This document shows, piece after piece, positions 19,245 to 27,161 of a stretch of DNA of 64,000 nucleotides. The stretch's first letter is position 1; each line of letters opens with the position of its first letter. Source of the DNA: a virus; IMG/VR virus record IMGVR_UViG_3300042934_000861, positions 17,705 to 81,704 of that record; one strand, given 5' to 3'. The notes below the pieces were generated by a model. That model had not been told where the DNA came from and did not search any database. It saw only the letters and a list, made by a program, of their open reading frames with translations. Both the position numbers and the translations under genes were made by a program.

Positions 19245-19508
19245 ATGCAAGACAAAGAGGCTTTTGCGCGTGGATTGAAAGATATGATAGACGAGACTAT
19301 GTATGATATTTTGCTAGGGAAGGACCCGTTAGATCGGAGAAGGACACAAGATCGCATGTGGCAATGCGTCAATGGACATAAAGGGTATTGGGTGGATGTT
19401 GGTTGGAATGCCGATAGTTCGTTAAAAACGAGCATGGCTGACTGGTATCCGGTGTGTCCGATATGTAAATGCAATATTGATATGGCAAAGTCGGCGCCAG
19501 GTGGGTGA
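19245..19508 (+). CDS. hypothetical Zn-ribbon protein
   Basis: CVNGH...CPIC. Confidence 0.55.
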   Translation: MQDKEAFARGLKDMIDETMYDILLGKDPLDRRRTQDRMWQCVNGHKGYWVDVGWNADSSLKTSMADWYPVCPICKCNIDMAKSAPGG

Positions 19509-19518
19509 GGGGGATTTT

Positions 19519-19872
19519 ATGAAGCAGTGTGAGTTAAATGCAATCGAGCAACGGAACTTGTTTGTTAAAAAAGTAGGGGTAGGCAATCCTGAGCGTTTAT
19601 CGCAAGTAGAAGGTAATCAGCATGCTGAAGTTCTAACTTTACTAATTCAATATCAATTACAAGCAGGAGTAGATACATTCAATCAAATCGTTCAGGATAA
19701 TGTAGCCCTTGTTAATGAGTGCTTTCGATTGCGCAATATATTGATAAAAATATCTGAAACTGAAAGTTGTGGTTGCCCTGGCCAGTGCAATTGCAACCAT
19801 TGGACTTATTTCGCCAAGCTAGCTAAGGATACATTAGGCGGTGATTTTTTTGAGCAAAGCGAGAGCTCTTGA
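19519..19872 (+). CDS. hypothetical protein
   Basis: GAGGGGG SD. Confidence 0.55.
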   Translation: MKQCELNAIEQRNLFVKKVGVGNPERLSQVEGNQHAEVLTLLIQYQLQAGVDTFNQIVQDNVALVNECFRLRNILIKISETESCGCPGQCNCNHWTYFAKLAKDTLGGDFFEQSESS

Positions 19873-20023
19873 AAAAGAGCATGGCCAACCAATACGAAAG
19901 ATAATAGTTGATGCACTTAATATGCATGGTAGCGTTGAAATAGCAGCAGAAATATTAGGGTATTCGGATAGGCATATGCGATGCTTGGTGCGCAAATTTG
20001 GAATACATAGAAAGTGGATGTAA
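19841..20023 (+). CDS. Fis-like HTH protein
   Basis: IVDALNMHGSVEIAAEILGYSDRHMRCLVRKFGI. Confidence 0.7.
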   Translation: MIFLSKARALEKEHGQPIRKIIVDALNMHGSVEIAAEILGYSDRHMRCLVRKFGIHRKWM

Positions 20024-20066
20024 TAGAAAAGCCGCCACCCCCGAAGGATGAGCGGCATTACCCCGG

Positions 20067-20291
20067 CTATTGCTGGGGTTCTTCTACGTCCGGCACATAT
20101 TCCAATAGGTCCCCTGCTGAACACTTAAATAGTTTACAGAGAGAGTCCAATGTGCCGAAATTGATAGCTTTTACCTTATCGTGGTATAGGAATGCCACGG
20201 TATTTCTAGCGAGTCCTGTCTCGTCGCAAACATCTTGAATGTTCATTTTGTACATTCCCATATATGTAGATAAATTGCATTTTATTGCCAT
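20067..20291 (-). CDS. XRE/Cro-C1 (YozG/HTH_26-like) transcriptional regulator
   Basis: MAIKCNLSTYM...DVCDETGLARNTV...TLDSLCKLFKCSAGDLLEY; GGAGGG SD. Confidence 0.92.
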   Translation of the reverse strand: MAIKCNLSTYMGMYKMNIQDVCDETGLARNTVAFLYHDKVKAINFGTLDSLCKLFKCSAGDLLEYVPDVEEPQQ

Positions 20292-20310
20292 GATTATCCC
20301 TCCTGCCAAT

Positions 20311-20339
20311 ATAATAACAAACCGAACTAAAATAATCAA
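20311..20339 (-). promoter_or_regulatory. sigma-A promoter for XRE gene
   Basis: Minus strand TTGATT-N17-TATTAT with extended TG. Confidence 0.6.
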
Positions 20340-20367
20340 GTTTTTAATCATTTTAATTGATGTCCTA

Positions 20368-20396
20368 TTGACAATGTGAATAGACTTCGCTATATT
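20368..20396 (+). promoter_or_regulatory. strong sigma-A promoter of the small-gene island
   Basis: TTGACA-N17-TATATT; AATCA-TAT-TGATT palindrome just downstream (about 20411-20423). Confidence 0.8.
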
Positions 20397-20452
20397 ATAG
20401 TTAAGGAGTTAATCATATTGATTATGTGATTAAATAAGTGGAGGCGGTAAGA

Positions 20453-20842
20453 ATGGCAAACTATAAACTTAATGTTTTGATTGAGGCGGTAAACGAATAT
20501 TTTTATGCTGAGCAAGAACTAAAAATCTTTCTGAAAACTTGGGTCCCTGGCTGGTGGGAAAGTAAAACCGCTAAAGAGCGTGAGGATTATACGAAATATA
20601 CTGAGCGCAGCCAGGAAAAATACAACACAGTAAACATGCTTTGCAAATTAATAAACATTGATATGAAGGATCTGTTCTCAATAATAAAATGCATGAACCG
20701 TTACGAACGACTAACAAAATGGGAAAAGTGTCTCCACATCTCTCATCTCATTGACGAAAACGTCAGGCGTTTTTTAGCAATTAGTGATGAATTGGAACAT
20801 TATTACAAAAGCACAGGGCGCAGAAGAATGTACGCAGAGTGA
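20453..20842 (+). CDS. hypothetical protein
   Basis: GGAGG SD; first gene after the promoter. Confidence 0.7.
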   Translation: MANYKLNVLIEAVNEYFYAEQELKIFLKTWVPGWWESKTAKEREDYTKYTERSQEKYNTVNMLCKLINIDMKDLFSIIKCMNRYERLTKWEKCLHISHLIDENVRRFLAISDELEHYYKSTGRRRMYAE

Positions 20843-20901
20843 GCCAGGTTAACCCCTGGCCTAATGCTGGCAGGCAGACGGTCACAACCACCGATAGCCA
20901 G
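20834..20901 (+). ncRNA. candidate twister ribozyme (P5-type circular permutation, variant)
   Basis: GCAGAGTGA-[GCCAGG/CCTGGC hairpin]-C-TAATGC-TGG...CGG-TCAC-AA-CCA-CCG, matching twister element order. Confidence 0.5.
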
Positions 20902-20918
20902 ATAAAAGGAGTGATACG

Positions 20919-21092
20919 ATGAAAAAGCAATATTGCCCATATTGCGGGGCGCACCTTAACGAAAGATGTGGTTGCGAACGTGAATTGGCAGAAGCGGAAG
21001 CAGAATGGATTGAGGAATACGAAAACAGGCCAGACACGCAAGCAAGGGAACATTTCAACGATATACTTGAAATGTGGAGGAATGAGAGGTAA
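20919..21092 (+). CDS. small Zn-finger protein (57 aa, not in ORF track)
   Basis: AAGGAG SD; MKKQYCPYCGAHLNERCGCE. Confidence 0.7.
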   Translation: MKKQYCPYCGAHLNERCGCERELAEAEAEWIEEYENRPDTQAREHFNDILEMWRNER

Positions 21093-21130
21093 TTACAGTC
21101 CTGATAGCCAGAATATACGGAGGTAATAAA

Positions 21131-21403
21131 ATGAGAAGAGGAAACACATCAAGGTATGATAATAACAACGCCACTTTAGAAGAGGAAATTGAGCGCCGAA
21201 AATACATGCTCTCAGCTTTAAGGGCAGACGAAAACCCTGATGGCTCTAAGCCTTATGCTCTTGCATATGGGTTTGTCGATAACCAAGGGCGCAAGAAACT
21301 TTTAAGACGTTGCCCTGTTTTTCCCACATTCACAAGCTTTGACCGGTATATAAGGAGGCATAAGCAAACGGTTCTCGCTGTATACAATCTTAACGCAGAG
21401 TAA
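21131..21403 (+). CDS. hypothetical protein
   Basis: GGAGGT SD. Confidence 0.7.
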   Translation: MRRGNTSRYDNNNATLEEEIERRKYMLSALRADENPDGSKPYALAYGFVDNQGRKKLLRRCPVFPTFTSFDRYIRRHKQTVLAVYNLNAE

Positions 21404-21429
21404 CGGCATTCGGTAAGGAGGATTTTACA

Positions 21430-21627
21430 ATGGCAATGACAGTTAACGGCGTATCTACAACTAAGGATTTAGGCCAGGAGCAATACGAAAAATTCCGCAA
21501 TTCAGCTAATAAAAAAACATATGTAGCCTACGACTACCGGCACACTAACGGCAACCTATTTAGCTGTGTACGCCCTGCCTTGGAGGCTTGCCGAGCAGAG
21601 CGCGACAAGTGGATTACTAAACAATAA
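21430..21627 (+). CDS. DUF3873-like protein
   Basis: MTVNGVSTT...GQEQYEKF...YDYRHTNGNLFSCV...CRAERDKW. Confidence 0.75.
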   Translation: MAMTVNGVSTTKDLGQEQYEKFRNSANKKTYVAYDYRHTNGNLFSCVRPALEACRAERDKWITKQ

Positions 21628-21649
21628 CGCAATTAAAGGGGGATTTGAA

Positions 21650-21925
21650 ATGGACTTACCAGTATATGAAAAAATCGGTCAAATAACAGAGGATGAGTTT
21701 AAAAAGCTACAGTTTAGCACGAGACAACAAGCTATGCTTAAAAAATTTATGGGATTATCAGCCAAGGATAAGTACCAATTAGGGGACACTACGATAGTTA
21801 TTAAAGATGCTGAATTATACGGGCTATACAAATATGACCACAAAGGACGCAACATTTACTACTTAATAGCAAATATAATTGATGATCACATGGCCTTTTC
21901 CTGGAATCTATACCCAGTTAATTAA
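21650..21925 (+). CDS. hypothetical protein
   Basis: AAGGGGG SD. Confidence 0.65.
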   Translation: MDLPVYEKIGQITEDEFKKLQFSTRQQAMLKKFMGLSAKDKYQLGDTTIVIKDAELYGLYKYDHKGRNIYYLIANIIDDHMAFSWNLYPVN

Positions 21926-21948
21926 CTTGCCTACAAGGAGGAACTAAC

Positions 21949-22140
21949 ATGCGTAAGATAACACGGAAATATAAAGGATGGACAATTAAGCAGGATTTGG
22001 AATGCAGCGGCGACGGTATCAGTCACGACGTTTACCGTTGCTATACGCCGGATGAAATGGAATATCCGGCTAACATGAGATCATCTGAATGGGATGCTGG
22101 CAGTATGCAAGAGGCTGAGGTTTTTATTGATAGCTATTAG
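21949..22140 (+). CDS. hypothetical protein
   Basis: AAGGAGG SD; YKGWTI...EAEVFIDSY. Confidence 0.7.
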   Translation: MRKITRKYKGWTIKQDLECSGDGISHDVYRCYTPDEMEYPANMRSSEWDAGSMQEAEVFIDSY

Positions 22141-22169
22141 GAAAAAAATCTTGAGAATAATTGCAATTT

Positions 22170-22205
22170 GTCGCCTAACTAGTGTTGGGCGGCATTTTTT
22201 ATTTT
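22170..22205 (+). terminator. intrinsic terminator closing the small-gene island
   Basis: GTCGCCTAAC-TAGT-GTTGGGCGGC followed by T-rich tract. Confidence 0.8.
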
Positions 22206-22302
22206 CAACAGATACTTTGTAAATTTCATTTCGGAATCTCCGAAAACGGAGAAAACCCTGTTTTATACTACAAGTAAGATCAAGTAGTAGGGGGAATAAA
22301 CG

Positions 22303-22623
22303 ATGGGAATTAATGACGTGGGCAGAGCTTGTGGGATTGGAAGTATGGGCCCAACAAGTTCTAAGGTTGCGACAGTTGAATCGCTTATTCATCGACTAAG
22401 AGATAGTGCCGAAAGAAATCGGCGTTTATCAAATTCCTTATTGGATGCTGTTATCAGGCCTGAACCTGCAAAATGTCAGGTGCCATCTAATGAAGCGATG
22501 AAAGTCGTAACGCTTGAGGAACATTTACGCGACTTATTAAACGATATTGAAAGTAACAATGGGCGGCTAGAAGAAATGTGTGGAATAATCGATAGTCAGT
22601 TTGGAAGCTTGAAGTTAGTATGA
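22303..22623 (+). CDS. coiled-coil hypothetical protein
   Basis: AGGGGG SD. Confidence 0.6.
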   Translation: MGINDVGRACGIGSMGPTSSKVATVESLIHRLRDSAERNRRLSNSLLDAVIRPEPAKCQVPSNEAMKVVTLEEHLRDLLNDIESNNGRLEEMCGIIDSQFGSLKLV

Positions 22624-22709
22624 TCCTGATTAGTAAGATTATCTGTTTGATATTGGGGCATAAATACCCGCCTTATCGGTTCTCCCAGTGTGAGCGCTGC
22701 GGCAAGTGA
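22620..22709 (+). CDS. DUF1660-like mini protein (29 aa)
   Basis: ICLILGHKY...CERCGK; coupled to both neighbours. Confidence 0.5.
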   Translation: MILISKIICLILGHKYPPYRFSQCERCGK

Positions 22710-23110
22710 TGAAACAATCCCCATTGAAAAGGCGAAGCTCGCTGCAAGCTAAAACTAGGCTGAGCAGTCGAGCTTCGCTAAAGTCCCGGGGAAAGATTAA
22801 AGCTAAAAGCAATAAGAAGAAGCCGGGGCGCTTATATGGTGAAGAGTTAATAGAGCTCTATGAATTTGTTTGGAAAAGGGATAATAAACGCTGCATCTTT
22901 TGTGACCGGCCGATTCCACAAGGAACGATACCGCACCATGAGAAGCCAAAGGGCCGGGGTGGTAAGGATCGGAAAGAAGATATGGTAATGTTATGCCAGG
23001 ATGCGCCGGTGAATCCGTGCCACTACAGGCGACATAATGGTCCTGGTAGCCAAGAGTTACGGCAGTTTTGTTTGGACTATTTGTATAAACGGTATCCGGA
23101 TACGAAGTGA
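22709..23110 (+). CDS. HNH endonuclease-fold protein
   Basis: RDNKRCIFC...PHHEKPKGRGG...MLC...CHYRRH. Confidence 0.8.
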   Translation: MKQSPLKRRSSLQAKTRLSSRASLKSRGKIKAKSNKKKPGRLYGEELIELYEFVWKRDNKRCIFCDRPIPQGTIPHHEKPKGRGGKDRKEDMVMLCQDAPVNPCHYRRHNGPGSQELRQFCLDYLYKRYPDTK

Positions 23111-23679
23111 GGGTTGTTTCTATGAAAAAAGCAAGGCTATTGGTAACACTGGAATGTCCGCGGTCCTGTGAGGGCTGCTGCAACGATAATCTGAAGCTGG
23201 ACAAAATAGCGATTTTACCAAGCATTGATCAGCTGCTGCAGTACGATGAAGTGATTATATCAGGCGGGGAGCCAATGCTAATACCGGGAAAGGTAATGGA
23301 GTTTTGCCAAACTCTGCGTCAAATGGAGTATACTGGCCAGATTTATATGTACTCAGCATTGTATAACCATACGTTGCGAGAGGAATATGTTGGATTGCTA
23401 AGGCGTACAGGTGTGGGTATAAAGCCGCTTTTAAATGGTTTACACTTCACGGTTCACAACGAAGCCGGAGATAGGGAGATAAATGAATTAAAGCAGCTAT
23501 CTAAGTTCTTGCAAATATTCTCCGATAAGCAGCTGCGTCTTGCGATTGATGGCCGGTTATATGAACGATTCGATTTCTCTAACATTGAATTTTCGGCATG
23601 GGACGTTGTGAGGAAGTTGCAATGGAAAGACGATTGCCCTCTACCGAGCGGGGAAGAGTTGTTCATTTATAATTTATAG
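23107..23679 (+). CDS. radical SAM protein
   Basis: CPRSCEGC (CxxxCxxC) and IISGGEPM. Confidence 0.88.
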   Translation: MRVVSMKKARLLVTLECPRSCEGCCNDNLKLDKIAILPSIDQLLQYDEVIISGGEPMLIPGKVMEFCQTLRQMEYTGQIYMYSALYNHTLREEYVGLLRRTGVGIKPLLNGLHFTVHNEAGDREINELKQLSKFLQIFSDKQLRLAIDGRLYERFDFSNIEFSAWDVVRKLQWKDDCPLPSGEELFIYNL

Positions 23680-23713
23680 CGTATTTGTATGGTCCTAAAG
23701 TGAGGTAGAAGTT

Positions 23714-24157
23714 ATGACGTTGGAAGAAGTGCAAAAGTCAGTGTTGTCTCTACGTGGAGTCTATGCGGCAATAGCAGCGCTTGAAAATAAACCAATTACA
23801 TCGAAAGAATTTATCTTAACCAAATTGCAATATATTTCAGCTGTGAAGGTTAGAGTTGGCGAGTTGGCTGGTGAAGCACTGGAAATAAGTAAAATGGCAG
23901 AAGGGGATCGGAAATCTGATACCGCCAGTGAATGGACCAAAAGACATGTAGATTATGTTGAAACAAAAAAGTCTTTTACTGCTAAACAGTTAGATATGGA
24001 AGCGGAAGCAGCAATGCGACAAAAGCGCCGGGATGAGGCAGCAGCTGCAGGTCTGTATGAAAAGTTGAAAAATCTCCGAGCAGACCTTGAAGGGGTAGAA
24101 AATACCTTGAAATTCAAGGGGCGTATGCTTTACGGAGATTGGAAAGATTCGAACTAA
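23714..24157 (+). CDS. helical hypothetical protein
   Basis: GAGGT SD. Confidence 0.65.
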   Translation: MTLEEVQKSVLSLRGVYAAIAALENKPITSKEFILTKLQYISAVKVRVGELAGEALEISKMAEGDRKSDTASEWTKRHVDYVETKKSFTAKQLDMEAEAAMRQKRRDEAAAAGLYEKLKNLRADLEGVENTLKFKGRMLYGDWKDSN

Positions 24158-24172
24158 GGGGGATTATTCAAT

Positions 24173-24328
24173 GTGGTTGATAACCAAATTTTAAGGATAT
24201 GCGGTACATGTAAATTTTGGGCCGTACCCGGGCTAAAGGAAGTAATGCCGAAAGTGCCTGCTTGCGCAAAGTGCGGTTCCAACATTGAACGCCCTGGTTG
24301 GGAGCTCAAAGAGAAAGGAGATAAATAA
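24173..24328 (+). CDS. small Cys-rich protein (51 aa, not in ORF track)
   Basis: CGTCKFW...CAKC; AAGGGGG upstream. Confidence 0.45.
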   Translation: MVDNQILRICGTCKFWAVPGLKEVMPKVPACAKCGSNIERPGWELKEKGDK

Positions 24329-24330
24329 TT

Positions 24331-24525
24331 ATGGAATGGCCGACGGCAGTTACTATAGTTGGATTAGCAGTAAGTTCTCCTGTTTGGGTTGGCACTGTTT
24401 TTTTTCTGATTTTGTTAATTATTACATTTTCAATCGTAATATGTGCTTTGCTGGTATACGCATTTAAGAGGCTAAAAGACAAGTTCATTAATAGGAAAGC
24501 TCAGAGTAAGGCAGGGGCCAAATGA
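24331..24525 (+). CDS. small membrane protein
   Basis: AAGGAG SD; long hydrophobic stretch. Confidence 0.6.
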   Translation: MEWPTAVTIVGLAVSSPVWVGTVFFLILLIITFSIVICALLVYAFKRLKDKFINRKAQSKAGAK

Positions 24526-25034
24526 AGCCGTTAACATGGGAAGAGATGCAAGCGCAGGATAAGCAGGCTATTGATTGGTTGCTTAACTTCCCCGACAAAC
24601 GAAGAGCGTACTTTGAAAGCATGGCCAAAATGTACAATGCAAATGGTGAGTACGCGAGTGAAGTAGCCGCAACATTGTACACCGGCATGCCAAAAGGATC
24701 TGGAGTTGGCCGTCCGGCAGAAGAAAAAGCAATTGGCCTGGTTGAATTGAGTCAGCAAAACTTGTGGATTATGACGATTGAAGATGTCTATAAGGTGTTG
24801 TCGCCTAAGAAGCTTATATTCTTAGAGGCGCGTCGGCAGGCAGAAATAACCTATTACGATGCAAAGCAAGGACGGCCAGGTTGGGTAGAGGACACGGCCA
24901 AGCAATACTGCACACTAATTGAACGACAATTCTTTGGGTTTCACCATTTGCCAAGTGGTAAAACAGTGAAAAGCTGGTGGAAGGACATAGTTAATATAAC
25001 AGTGCGGATCGCGCAGCGCAGGGGGTGCTTATAG
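24522..25034 (+). CDS. RinA/ArpU-like late transcription activator
   Basis: GMPKGSGVGRPAEEKAI...IEDVYKVLSPKK; position at the end of the middle region. Confidence 0.6.
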   Translation: MKPLTWEEMQAQDKQAIDWLLNFPDKRRAYFESMAKMYNANGEYASEVAATLYTGMPKGSGVGRPAEEKAIGLVELSQQNLWIMTIEDVYKVLSPKKLIFLEARRQAEITYYDAKQGRPGWVEDTAKQYCTLIERQFFGFHHLPSGKTVKSWWKDIVNITVRIAQRRGCL

Positions 25035-25249
25035 TGCCAAAATGTTCTAATTGTGGTGTAGATGTTAATATAACACCAGAATACCGGTATAACAATGATC
25101 CGATGTTTCATAGAGTTGTAGATACATTACTCAGTCTTATTATTAAGAATGAGCTCACACCTATTGAGGTACGGGAGGCAGCTAATTATGCTGCATATAG
25201 GCATGAAATATTGAGCCCGCCGGTAAGTTGTTGGGGTGGGAGGAAATGA
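25034..25249 (+). CDS. hypothetical protein
   Basis: GGGGGTG SD; RYNNDPMFHRVVD. Confidence 0.55.
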   Translation: MPKCSNCGVDVNITPEYRYNNDPMFHRVVDTLLSLIIKNELTPIEVREAANYAAYRHEILSPPVSCWGGRK

Positions 25250-25512
25250 AACAAAAAAGGTTTTGGGCCAGCTGGTACTCAGGTAACTATGAGGACGAAG
25301 GTTGCACTAAGCCGCCCTTTAAATTTTGGGTAAGCGGGTATAGTGATCGCAACGATGATTCCGGCAGGGATGACTGTGCAATATGTGCGGTAGTTGATGC
25401 TGAAGATGAGGAAGCATTGTGGAAAGTGGTTGAAAAGCATTTCCCTGATTATCGAAAAAGGTTCTGTGATGAAAAGGCTGCGGATTATGTTCCAGGTGGA
25501 AGATTTCAATAA
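25246..25512 (+). CDS. hypothetical protein
   Basis: GGGAGG SD; RFWASW...PGGRF. Confidence 0.65.
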   Translation: MKQKRFWASWYSGNYEDEGCTKPPFKFWVSGYSDRNDDSGRDDCAICAVVDAEDEEALWKVVEKHFPDYRKRFCDEKAADYVPGGRFQ

Positions 25513-25552
25513 AAATGTTTTAGGGTACCCCAAAACCCCTATATAACTAAGA

Positions 25553-25558
25553 TATACT
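25553..25558 (+). promoter_or_regulatory. -10 box of putative activator-dependent late promoter
   Basis: TATACT with no consensus -35; TAGGG...CCCTA inverted repeat upstream (25521-25541). Confidence 0.4.
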
Positions 25559-25700
25559 GGGTTTGTGGGAGTATAGCCCAAGGCTTATTTTGCTTTCGCG
25601 GGGATTGAGAGCCCTTGTGAAAGGTACCTCCTCCTTTTATATATATGGTGCCAGTAGGGGATGGCTGGCACCAATGCAAATTGCCGAAAGGATGATATAT

Positions 25701-25940
25701 ATGAGTACGCTTGAAAAGGTAAGAGAAGTAATTGTCGATTGCCTTTGCGTGGATGAAGTAGATGTAACTATGGATTCCAGACTTATAGCGGATCTTGGTG
25801 CTGATTCACTTGATTTGGTAGAGCTTCTAATGGACTTGGAAGAAGAGTTCGATATAGAAGTGCCGGATGATGAAGCAGAAAAGTTTAAAACGGTTGGCCA
25901 GGTTGTTGAATACATTGATAAGCGGCAAGCCACAAAATGA
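25701..25940 (+). CDS. acpP: acyl carrier protein
   Basis: [42 protein letters not shown] with intact DSL phosphopantetheine site. Confidence 0.97.
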   Translation: MSTLEKVREVIVDCLCVDEVDVTMDSRLIADLGADSLDLVELLMDLEEEFDIEVPDDEAEKFKTVGQVVEYIDKRQATK

Positions 25941-25970
25941 TAAGATGTTGTTTAATATGCCGAGGACTGC

Positions 25971-26507
25971 TTAATCGGAGAATGTTGGAGATTGATAATA
26001 AGAACTTGGGATAACCCTTTTAGTTTCTTCAAACTCAATTATTGCTTGCTTAAACTCTTTGCTATATAGCTTGTAAGTATATGCCTTGAGTAAACATAAA
26101 ACAGCAATGCTAAAGAGGTATTGGTAACTGACTGTGTTGTCAGAAACGAATTCGAGCATGCCATTTCGGCAGGATTCTGTGAGTATTTTAGTTTCGTGAT
26201 AGTAGGCTGATAACGTATGAAAGTGCGAATTATCCATGTTAACCATTGTGTTTTTAGATGCTTCCCACTCTTTTGTTTCTATGAAGATGTAGAGATCTTT
26301 GGATTGCAGCTTAGGTGTATTGCTCTTTTTACCCCATTTCGCTAAAATCTTTCCATGAGCTTCTACCTCAAATTGCAACAAAATAGCTGAATTACGGATA
26401 GCTTGATGTTCCTTTCTTTGTTGAAGCTTCATCGTAACATATAAAACAATTAAACTGGCTAACGCGCCTTGCAGTAAAATTTCAAATCCTTTTGATATAT
26501 AGTCCAT
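25971..26507 (-). CDS. membrane-anchored accessory (moron) protein
   Basis: AAGGAGGG SD; N-terminal TM helix; opposite strand to phage genes. Confidence 0.75.
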   Translation of the reverse strand: MDYISKGFEILLQGALASLIVLYVTMKLQQRKEHQAIRNSAILLQFEVEAHGKILAKWGKKSNTPKLQSKDLYIFIETKEWEASKNTMVNMDNSHFHTLSAYYHETKILTESCRNGMLEFVSDNTVSYQYLFSIAVLCLLKAYTYKLYSKEFKQAIIEFEETKRVIPSSYYQSPTFSD

Positions 26508-26596
26508 AATACCCTCCTTAAATCCACGAAATTAATTCGAGAATTGACAAATGAAAACCTGCAAGGTGCATTGTTATTATGAGATGGGAGGATATA

Positions 26597-26713
26597 ATGA
26601 AAGAGGCAACAAAGCAGCAGAGTAACGTAGAAAAGAACGAAGTACCTATTAAAAAGCAGCGAATCATAAGTGCAGCAGTGTTTAAATATTTTGAGTATGT
26701 GCCGTCCGAATAA
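26597..26713 (+). CDS. small protein (38 aa, not in ORF track)
   Basis: GGGAGG SD; followed by GCCGTCC/GGGCGGC hairpin and T-tract (26701-26730). Confidence 0.45.
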   Translation: MKEATKQQSNVEKNEVPIKKQRIISAAVFKYFEYVPSE

Positions 26714-26855
26714 GGGCGGCTTTATTATTTGTCGGGGGATGAACGAATGAGCGAAAGAACGTGCTATGAAAGAACTTGTCCGTACTATTCATCTGAGTAT
26801 CATGAGTGTGCGAGGCAACACCACATGCCTTGTAAAGATAGGAGGAAAGAGCCTA

Positions 26856-27155
26856 ATGGACCAAGCGCAAGGGAGATTTCAGGCAATAGGAAATCGAATC
26901 GGCCAACTGGTGGACCAAAAGGATAAAGCCTACGGTGAGGCCATAACAACAGTAGAAGGTGTACTGCGTATCTTGTACCCGGGTGGAATAAACCTGGAAC
27001 AATTCAAAGATGCTCTAATCATTGTGCGTATCTTAGATAAGTTCAGCAGAATAGCCAAAGGCGACAAAAAGGCATTTGGTGAGAATCCCTGGGCAGATTG
27101 CGCTGGTTATTCGATACAGGGCGTGGCCCGTTACGAGGCAGACGATAAAGCATAA
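26856..27155 (+). CDS. DUF1599/DUF6378-like nucleotide-modification-associated helical protein
   Basis: KDKAYG...DKFSRIA...ENPWADCAGY; AGGAGG SD. Confidence 0.65.
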   Translation: MDQAQGRFQAIGNRIGQLVDQKDKAYGEAITTVEGVLRILYPGGINLEQFKDALIIVRILDKFSRIAKGDKKAFGENPWADCAGYSIQGVARYEADDKA

Positions 27156-27161
27156 GGATGA

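Noticed and set aside
22709-23110. HNH gene as a mobile intron or homing element
   Set aside because: It is translationally coupled within the operon and interrupts no gene; no intron structure seen
25563-25700. N-terminal extension of ACP given in the ORF track
   Set aside because: ACP homology starts at ATG 25701 with its own AAAGGA SD; the upstream region looks like structured non-coding RNA
23107-25940. Radical SAM plus ACP as a biosynthetic (RiPP or lipid) cluster
   Set aside because: Separated by six unrelated genes and a probable promoter; no precursor peptide, ligase or acyltransferase present
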